This document shows, in pieces, positions 10,620 to 18,191 of a stretch of 64,000 nucleotides of DNA. Below the pieces are notes generated by a model that saw only the letters and a list, made by a program, of their open reading frames with translations, did no database searches and had not been told where the DNA came from. A program made the translations under genes and the position numbers. The stretch comes from Vicinamibacterales bacterium (GTDB taxonomy: Bacteria > Acidobacteriota > Vicinamibacteria > Vicinamibacterales > UBA8438). The DNA is taken from the NCBI GenBank assembly GCA_965222905.1, contig OZ244976.1, positions 7,376,488 through 7,440,487 on the forward strand. The letters are read 5' to 3'. Each line of letters opens with the position of its first letter. The stretch's first letter is position 1.

Positions 10620-11744
10620 GGGTGCGGCTCTTCTTCGTCGGCGGCCGAATCAGTCTCTGCGGCAGCGAGGCAGGAGGCAATTGGATCCGTCACGGCGTGG
10701 TGAGGGAGCAGCGGAGGGGACCGGTGGCCGATGGTACTTGTGCGGTCAGCGACGGCTGGGGGTGTTCCGCTGGTACTCGCGCGCTTGGTGGAGGGTCTCA
10801 GTACGCATCAATGCGCCGGCGGCCCGTGGCGGCTTGAGGACCGTCGCAACTGCAGCCAAGTGTCACCGTGCGCCGGTCGACTACCATCCGGTCGCGGGCC
10901 AAATGCCGACAGGCCTTCAATGAGCTGGGCGACGAGCACCGCACGCCGCATCGCCGCTGCCACGTGGATAATGTCGAGTACCACTGTGGCTTCCAGGGCG
11001 TACGCGGTGGTGCCCGCGAAGCGGTCGCGATGGTCACGCGGCGGCGCATATCGACCAAGGAGCGCTCCGGCAGCAGGTTCAGCGCGGCATCGAGCGGATG
11101 CAGGCCGTCGTGACCGCGCCGCGCGCAGCCCAGACCCACAACCGGCATCGTGCCGGAGGTCGTTTCGGCGTGGCTATCCTGCTCGCGCCGCGCCGAGCAC
11201 TCGACACCACTGGCGTCCTCGGCCGGACCGGCAGCCTGTCCCGGGCTGCGTTGGTCGTGATGTCCTTGCAGGAGCTTGCGTACCAACTTCTGGCCCCGCC
11301 GGTGCAGTTCCCGTTCGAGTTCGCTCTCGCTCATCTGCCGGGCTTCGTTGGAGGAGAGGAAGGCTTTGGCATCCGCGAAGACAGCATCGGCCGCTGCGCA
11401 CGGGGCCGGGCTCGGGAGATCGATGCGAGGGACGCCGGTTCGCGCCTCTGGCACGTCGAATCTACGTCCCTGGAATCCTGTCGTCACAGCCATCACAGGT
11501 CTGTCCCCCCCCTGCCCATGGAACCGTACCAGAACGCCGCGCGAATGTCCAGAAGGGAGCGCGCCCGAGGGGGACAGACCGACGGTATTCGGTACCGTTT
11601 CGAGGCTCGGCTGGCCGCCGGAAAGACGCGGGTACGTGCTGGCTTGGTTGCTGTCCCCCCGAACTGAGCACTGGAGAGACGCATCCGCGGGCAAAAAGGC
11701 CCATGAATAGGGCGAAAACTTCTCTACGAAGAAGAGCCGCACCC
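10620..11744 (-). mobile_element. Non-autonomous, internally deleted ISKra4-like element, copy 1 (1125 bp)
   Basis: Perfect 19-bp TIR GGGTGCGGCTCTTCTTCGT. 9-bp TSD GTCCCAGAA at 10611-10619 and 11745-11753. Transposase relics include SESELERELHRRGQKLVRKLLQGH, LHPLDAALNL and VVLDIIHV. Confidence 0.85.
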
Positions 11745-11865
11745 GTCCCAGAAATGGCTTCACATCACCAGCCTGTAGCCGACGAGACTGCGAAACCCGC
11801 GGTTTCCGGGACGATTCTGGGCCGCGGCGTTGGAAGCACCGTGAAAGTCGAACTGTAAACTCTTT

Positions 11866-12876
11866 CTAGCCGCTCGACCGGGCCGACGCGCGAGAGAGCG
11901 CGTAGCCACACTTCTGGCAACTTACCAGCCCCTGCACGAGGCTCGGTTCGATCGTGCGCCGCCGGGCGTGCACCTTGTTCTCGTGCAGCAGTTCCTGTGC
12001 GCGCGCGAAAGTCGACTCGTCCACGATCGCCGGCACCGGGATCTCGATCCATTCCTCGCGCGGCCGTTCGTGGTTCGCACTGTCGCGACTGGCGGCGCCG
12101 CCGCGCAGCCGTAGTGGGCGCGTCAAGCGCTGCCGTTGGGCTCGTTGCGTCTTGCCGAAACACGCCGTGCCGCGATAGGCCGGGTTGCGCAGCATCGCCC
12201 ATACGGTGGAGCGTTCCCAACGGGTGCCGACCTTCCGCGTGGGCACGCCTTGCTCGTTGAGCCAGCGGGTGATCGCCGCGATACTCCAGCCCGTGACGGT
12301 GTAGTGCTCGTAGACGTCGCGGACAACGCGCGCTTCGGCGTCGATGACGACGTACGCCGCGGGGTTGTCCTCACGCTTGCGAATGTAGCGATAACCATAG
12401 GGAGCGCCGCCCAGGACACTGATCTCACCGGCTCGCGCGCGGTGCCGCTTGCCACGACGCGACCGTTCGAGGATCTGAGCGCGTTCGTACTCGGCGATCA
12501 TGCCCTGAAACTGCACCAGCAGCTGATCCTCGGCCGTGGCGCTCGACGGAGCATTGAGGAAGCGGGCTTCGACCCCCTGGCGGGCGAACTCTTCGATCAA
12601 CAGCACCTGGTAGGCGTACTTCCGACTCAGCCGATCCGGACTGTGCACGAGCACCACCTGGATGTCGCCGGCGGCTGCGAGGTCGCGCACCTGTTCCAAT
12701 CCCGGCCGTTCGAGAGTCGCCCCGCTATAGCCTTCGTCTTCGAAGATCCATTGCTGGGGCGCCTCCAGATCGAGCGTCGCGGCCCAATCGACCAGCGCCG
12801 CCGTCTGGCTCGCGATCGTGTGCGCTTCGCGCTGCTGGTTCGAGGACACGCGCGTGTAAATCGCCGCCATCTGCAT
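11866..12876 (-). pseudogene. Large serine recombinase LSR2, truncated just after the first CxxC of the Zn ribbon
   Basis: AAIYTRVSS catalytic motif, EDEGYSGATLERPGL, DRLSR, recombinase domain GAPYGY and LRNPAYRG. Ends GLVSCQKCG...SSG*. Confidence 0.9.
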
Positions 12877-13027
12877 GTGGACGCTCCATTCCATAAGCTG
12901 CAACCGGACGCATACGGGCCGGCACCAACAACGTGTACGCCTGGGCGATCTTGCTGTCGCGAAGTCGATCGAACGTGCAATCGAGCTGCACCTGCCGGGG
13001 AGCACTTCGTGGTTGTCGTTCACCCAC
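12725..13027 (-). CDS. Small hypothetical accessory protein overlapping the LSR2 start
   Basis: Translationally coupled between the HTH gene and LSR2. RQVQLDCTFDRLRDSKIAQAYTLLVP motif. Confidence 0.5.
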   Translation of the reverse strand: MGERQPRSAPRQVQLDCTFDRLRDSKIAQAYTLLVPARMRPVAAYGMERPHADGGDLHARVLEPAARSAHDREPDGGAGRLGRDARSGGAPAMDLRRRRL

Positions 13028-13352
13028 GTCGCTGACGGAAGGTGTCCAGGAACGCCGTCACCGCCTGGGTGACGACTTGTCCGAGGGAGAGTCCGCTCTC
13101 GCGGGCATAGGCGCGGATTGCGCGTACGGTGCTGACCGGCAGCTTGAAGGTGATCGCGACGGTCGGCTCGACCGCCGGCAGCGGAGCGCTCAGCCCGGCT
13201 GCTTCCTGGAGATAGCGGTAGGCTTGCCGGCGGGACAATGCAAACTCGCGACCGAGATGGCGGGCCGCCTCGGCGCGTTCCATCTGCTGCCCGAGCAGCC
13301 GGTACGCGGCGTTGAGCAAGCGCGCCTTGTCGGCCTTGGTGGCCCGCGCCAT
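13020..13352 (-). CDS. Small DNA-binding protein (HTH plus ribbon-helix-helix-like)
   Basis: AARHLGREFALSRRQAYRYLQEA helix-turn-helix, followed by ITFKLPVSTVRAIRAYARESGLSLGQVV. Confidence 0.7.
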   Translation of the reverse strand: MARATKADKARLLNAAYRLLGQQMERAEAARHLGREFALSRRQAYRYLQEAAGLSAPLPAVEPTVAITFKLPVSTVRAIRAYARESGLSLGQVVTQAVTAFLDTFRQRRG

Positions 13353-13461
13353 GAGTCATACACATATTACCTCTTGAGACGCAAGTCAAGTACCGGTCGG
13401 TCTCGCCAGCCGGTGATCACCCGATCGAACTGAAAGTTGCCTTTTGCGTTCGGGGAGTAGC

Positions 13462-13812
13462 GACGCCCCCTTGGGGCGTTCCCATCGTGCGCGGCACCAG
13501 GGTTCCGTCTTCCTGCTGCATGGGAGCGGTCAGCCACCGCTGCACATAGAGCAGAATCCACCGGCACCGGGTGTACTTCCTGACCGCACGCATGACGAGC
13601 GCGTGGTCCAGGTTGTCAAAGAAGCCGCGGATATCCAGATCGATCACCCAGTCATAACGCCAGCATCGCTGCCGGGCTGTCGTGAGTGCGTCGATCGCGG
13701 ACTTCCGCGGGCGATACCCATACGAATCGGGATGGAACTGCGGCTCCACGTCCGGTTCCAGGTACATCTTGACCACCGTCTGGGCAATTCTGTCAGCGAC
13801 AGTGGGGACGCC
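13462..13812 (-). pseudogene. Class D group II intron RT, middle fragment (RT2-RT4)
   Basis: GVPTVADRIAQTVVK...DSYGYRPRKSA...RCWRYDWVIDLDIRGFFDN...RWLTAP...GTPQGGV, RmInt1-like. Confidence 0.9.
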
Positions 13813-13864
13813 GGCTTCATAATGCACCTCCTGCAGCACGGCTTCGGGATTCTCGTGCGACCGT

Positions 13865-16552
13865 TCAAATTCTCGAGGAGTTTCGGACCCAGGCGCGCAA
13901 TGTCTCCTTTTTGTCGTCGTCGAAGGCGATCCAGTACGGCGAGCCGTGGTTAGGACAGTGCCCTAAACTAGTTTGCCACATGCCAGTTTCCTGGTCATAC
14001 TGGAGGTATGAAGCGAGATATCGAGCTGGAAGCGACCCTGGTTGCGAAGTATGCCGTGGTCGCGCCGGTGTTGGACGAGCGCAGTCGCCGCCGGTGGGCG
14101 GCGGCCGAGTCGCTCGCTGTCGGCTACGGCGGCGACGCGGTGGTTTCGTCGGCCACCGGTCTGGCTCGGGAGACGATTCGCAAGGGACGCCGGGAGATTG
14201 CCCCCGACGAGGCGCCCACCGACCGCATCCGACGCCCTGGAGGCGGACGGCTCCGCATCCAGCAGGATCAACCCGGCATCCAGGCCGCGCTCGAAGCGCT
14301 GGTGGACCCGCTCACGCGCGGCGACCCGACCTCGCCGCTACGCTGGACGTGCAAGAGTCGCGCGAAGCTGGCGGGGGCGCTCGTCGACCGCATCGGGAAC
14401 GTCCGGACGGCGACCGGGCTCCGGGTCCTGGCCGAACTCGACGCCGGGCAGTATCCTACGGGCGTCACGGTGACCAAGGAACAGATGGACGCACTCGCGC
14501 TGGTTCCCGATGCGTTTCACGGGGAATGGAATTACAAACTGTTACCCCGATGAAGTTGACAACTTTATATCGATCACTGTCCTAGGTCGTCGAGCCGTGA
14601 CTACGCCGCGGTCGATCCAGTAGTAGACCACATTGCGGCTGACGCCGAGTTCGTCGGCGACCTGACGGACGCTGCGCTCGCCGGGGCGCTTGAAGTCGGG
14701 AGCCGGAATCCGGTGCTTGTGGCGGATCCAACGGACCATCGAGACGTTGAATGCCCCGCCTTTGGCGCTCCGGCGACCCTCCCGGTTCAGCGCTGCTGCG
14801 ACCTGCTCGTCGGAGCGCTCGCGAGCCAGCTCGCGCACCCGGTCGACGACCTCGTCGGGATACCGGAGGCGATCGGCAATGTTGGCGGGCAGCGTAACCT
14901 CGAGGTCTTCGCAGGCCCCACCCTGCCACCGGACATGCAAGATGGCGGTCTTGCGTTCGCCGAACCGCTCGACGGTGATGTCCTTGATCACGAGCCGGAG
15001 GATGCGCTTCTTGTCCTTCGCCTTGGTCGTGGGCGCGTTCCACAGGCGGGGGAAGTCGTGGGCGAGCGCCGCCACCCGGGCGCGCTGCTCCGGCGTGACC
15101 ACGAGCGCTTCCTTGCTCTGAAAGTCAGCAAACTGCGTCCTGACCTCTTCGAGCCGCACCAGGGCGTCGTTCCAGCGCTGCTCGAGCGTCGCGGCCACGA
15201 GGCGATTCGACGGATCGACCTCCTCGTAGCGGCGCTGGGCCAACTGCGCTTCGTACTCGGCTCGTTCCAGGCGCATGCGCCATTGGCCGGACATCGCCTT
15301 GTCCCGGTGTTTCGAGCTGCCGTAGCGCTTCCTCGGCGACCTCGAGCTCGGCAGGTTCGAGCACCGCCAGCATCCGCTCCGAGACCGCGGTGTCCAGCAG
15401 GTCGCAACGCAGGCTCATGCAGCTGGTGGTCGCCACTCCTTCGCGCCGCCGCGCGTTGCATTCGTAGGTCGGGTAGATGCCGCCGTTGCCCTTGTAGCGG
15501 ACGGTCAGTCGGCGACCGCAGCGCCCGCACAGCAGCAGGCCTTGGAGCAGTGCGAGTCCTTCCCGCGCGGCGCCGCTCAAGAGCATGTGCTCGGCATTGG
15601 TACGGTTGTTCTCGAGCAGCTGCTGGTTCCGCTCGTACTCCGGCCAGGAGACGTAGCCGTCGTGGTGATTCTGGATCCGCACGAGCCAGGCGTCCAGCGG
15701 GACGCAGCGCGTGCGCATGCGGACGTCGCCTTCGGGGGAAACCTCCTTCGTGCTCTGGTGACGCCCGAAGACATACGCCCCGGCATACGTGGGGTTCTTG
15801 AGAATGTCGAGCACGCGGTTGTGGTTCAGCCGACCCCAGATGAGTCTGCCGTCCCACGCCCCGCCGTAGGCGCGCTTCGGGAACCGCAGTTGCTGTCGGC
15901 CGAAGTGGTGCACGACCGCGTAGGCGCTGCCCGTCTGGCGGAAGACCTCGAAGACCAGCCGGACAGCGCCCTGGACCTCCTGGTCCGGATCGAGCACGAT
16001 GCGCCCCTCGTCGGCGTAGCACAGGCCGATCGGCAACGGGAAGCGGAGCTCACCCTTCTGGGCCTTGTGGAGCTTGCCGCCCTGGAGGCGCGCGCGAATG
16101 ACGTGCAGCTCGGCCTGGGCGATGGTGGCCTTGAGGCCCAACAGCAGCGCGTCGTTGAAGTCCGCCGGGTCGTAGCAGCCGTCCTCGTCGATGACCAGCG
16201 TCCGGGTCAGCGCGCAGATCTCGATCAACCGATGCCATTCCAGGTTCGAGCGGGCCAACCGTGAGGCTTCCAGGGCGAAGATCGCGCCGACGCGGCCCAG
16301 CGACACATCGGCGACCAGCGTCTTGAAGTCCTCGCGGTTGGTCGTCTGCGCCCCCGACTGCCCGAGGTCCTGGTCGAGGATCCGGATTCGCTCCGGCGCC
16401 CACATCATCTCGACGGCCCGGTTCCGCAGGTCGTACTGCCGCTCGGTACTCTCCTGGTGATGGCGCACCTGCCCCATCGTCGACTGCCGGATATAGATGT
16501 AGGCCGGCTTCTGCAGGTGGTGGCTCTGTACTTTCGACATCGTCAGCACCAC
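13865..16552 (-). pseudogene. Large serine recombinase LSR1 with C-terminal HTH extension; frameshift near 15310 and mini-IS insertion at 13953-14582
   Basis: AYIYIRQST catalytic motif, DQDLGQSG, LEASRLAR, LLCGRCGRRL Zn ribbon. Removing the mini-IS joins ...TARRP to NHGSPYWI...NSSRI*. Confidence 0.88.
13953..14582 (+). mobile_element. Internally deleted ISAzo13-family element (630 bp)
   Basis: TIR GGACAGTG/CACTGTCC with a TA duplication. ORF 14008-14553 fuses the ISAzo13 N-terminus (LDERSRRRWAAAES, RGDPTSPLRWTCKS) in frame to the C-terminus (YPTGVTV, FHGEWNY). Confidence 0.85.
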
Positions 16553-16703
16553 CCTCGATCAGTTCCTGACGGGTGTGGGACGGAAGCGCGTGCCCGCTCG
16601 TCGCAGCGGCCGCGCGCTCGGAAGCGATCCAGCACTGCAGCATGTTCGCGGTCAACAGGCCGGCGGTCTGGACATCGACGGGCACGGCGGCCGCCATCTG
16701 CAT

Positions 16704-17048
16704 TCAGTCGATCGGCTCCCGACGTCGCAGCAGCTCGAGGTTGATCGCGGCGATCTCGTCGAGGAGCTGTCGCGTCCGGCGGTAGTTGGCGACGAACTGC
16801 TCGACCTGGCTGCGATGCTCCTGCGGCACGTAGACCATGACCGGTCGCGCCTTCGGCATGCTGACCGACAGGTAGACCTTCGGACCGTGGCCGATACCGC
16901 GCGCGCACTTGCACCCTGGTCGTCCGCAGCGCTTGAAGCGTTCGATGAGCGAGCCGCGCAGGATGGCCTTCAGGGACGGGAGCTGCCGCAGCAGCATTGT
17001 CCGGCGCCTCCGTAACGTACTCGCCAAGCGTGTTTTCAGACCAGTCAT
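16704..17048 (-). CDS. DUF6788-like small protein (CGRPGCKC motif)
   Basis: LRGSLIERFKRCGRPGCKCARGIGHGP.VYLSVS pattern, located upstream of LSR1. Confidence 0.75.
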   Translation of the reverse strand: MTGLKTRLASTLRRRRTMLLRQLPSLKAILRGSLIERFKRCGRPGCKCARGIGHGPKVYLSVSMPKARPVMVYVPQEHRSQVEQFVANYRRTRQLLDEIAAINLELLRRREPID

Positions 17049-17078
17049 ACAACTGGTCTGATACTACACCTCTCGACC

Positions 17079-17385
17079 TCATTTGGGAAGCCCTCGGTCG
17101 TCGGCCTGCTCCAAGGCCGCCAACAGCTCGGTCAGCGCGATGAGCTTCACGAAATCGAGGACATGAGCGCCGCTCGCAAGATCCGCCGCCGCGGCCGGAA
17201 CCTCTCGATCCGTCCACTCGCGGGGCACGCAGAACGTACCTCCGGAGGTGCCCTGCAGAATGAGCGTGTCGATGCCGGAGACGCGGCGCGTCTTCAGGAT
17301 CGGAAACCGCCGACCCCGGAGTGGATGAAACGGGTGGGTGATCTCAGTCCACCCCGACGGCTCGTTGGGGCGATGTGCAGTTCGC
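17079..17385 (-). CDS. DUF5372-like small protein; start uncertain at the element boundary
   Basis: ITHPFHPLRGRRF...VPREWTD motif. No clear start codon inside the element. Confidence 0.6.
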
Positions 17386-17388
17386 GAT

Positions 17389-18191
17389 GACCGTGGGAAT
17401 GCCCAAGCGTCGCTCACTTCCGTCCTTCTTCGGTATCCCAACCGACCGGACCGGAGGCGGGAAGTACGTGCCCGACGACATCCGATTCCAAATCTTATAG
17501 AGATTGTTCTTCAGGTCCTGCTCGAACATCTCGACAGACTCAGCATCGACGCCAGCTGCTCCGTGGTTCGCCTTGACCCGAGTGTAGGCCTCCCAAACCA
17601 CCCACTTGGAAATATTGAACGGCTTCGCGTGGCTCGACGGCTCCTCCCGCGCGCGCGGTTGACCGTCGGGACACGCTGGATGACGCGACCCCTTTGCTCC
17701 ATCGAGTTTCCCCGACTTCATCGCTCGTACGGGTCGCTCCGCCCCTGTGCCTCGCATCGGGCTTCTCATCCTTGGGGGTCGGCCCCTTGGATTTCTCCCT
17801 TCACATCGAGGCGACAGGTTCCCACGTTCCACACAAGGGCCTGGTGCAGGGTCACGCCACCTTTATGCCGGGTGCCGCCCAGCCAAGCTGCAGGCTCCCG
17901 CTGGACTTGTCCCGGGTTAACGACTCGCCCCGGTTTCGACACCGTCCCTACGCTTTCGACACGTTGCCGGTGGTTCATACACTTCGTCTCCCTGCACCCT
18001 ACCTGACGCGGTCAAGCCGCGCCGTTTCCGTGACGCTTACCACCTCGGCTCTTGACCGAGGCAGCGCACGACGGTTTGAAGCCTCCCCCTGCCGGGCGGC
18101 TCCGAGGGGCCTACCCTCATCCCTCATGCAGCATGGCTGCAGCTAGTCTAGGTGGCCATCTCGGCCTCCTTTCCGCGCCTTCGTGGCGCAC
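17389..18191 (-). mobile_element. Class D group II intron, 5' part (ribozyme 5' domains plus RT N-terminus); 3' end not found
   Basis: Starts with GTGCG at 18191. RT reads KPFNISKWVVWEAYTRVKANHGAAGVD...NLYKIWNRMSSGTYFPPPV...RRLGIPTV. EBS1/EBS2 match the 5' exon. Confidence 0.88.

Larger units (their letters stand above)
13807..17397 (-). mobile_element. LSR1 integrative element inserted in the class D intron RT gene
   Basis: Flanked by the imperfect 15-nt direct repeat GGCATTCCCACGGTC (17389-17403) / GGCGTCCCCACTGTC (13798-13812), sharing the core CCCAC. Confidence 0.8.

Noticed and set aside
11754-11870. Integron attC site or small IS end next to the LSR2 truncation
   Set aside because: No convincing RYYYAAC/GTTRRRY pair or matching terminal repeat was found; left unassigned.
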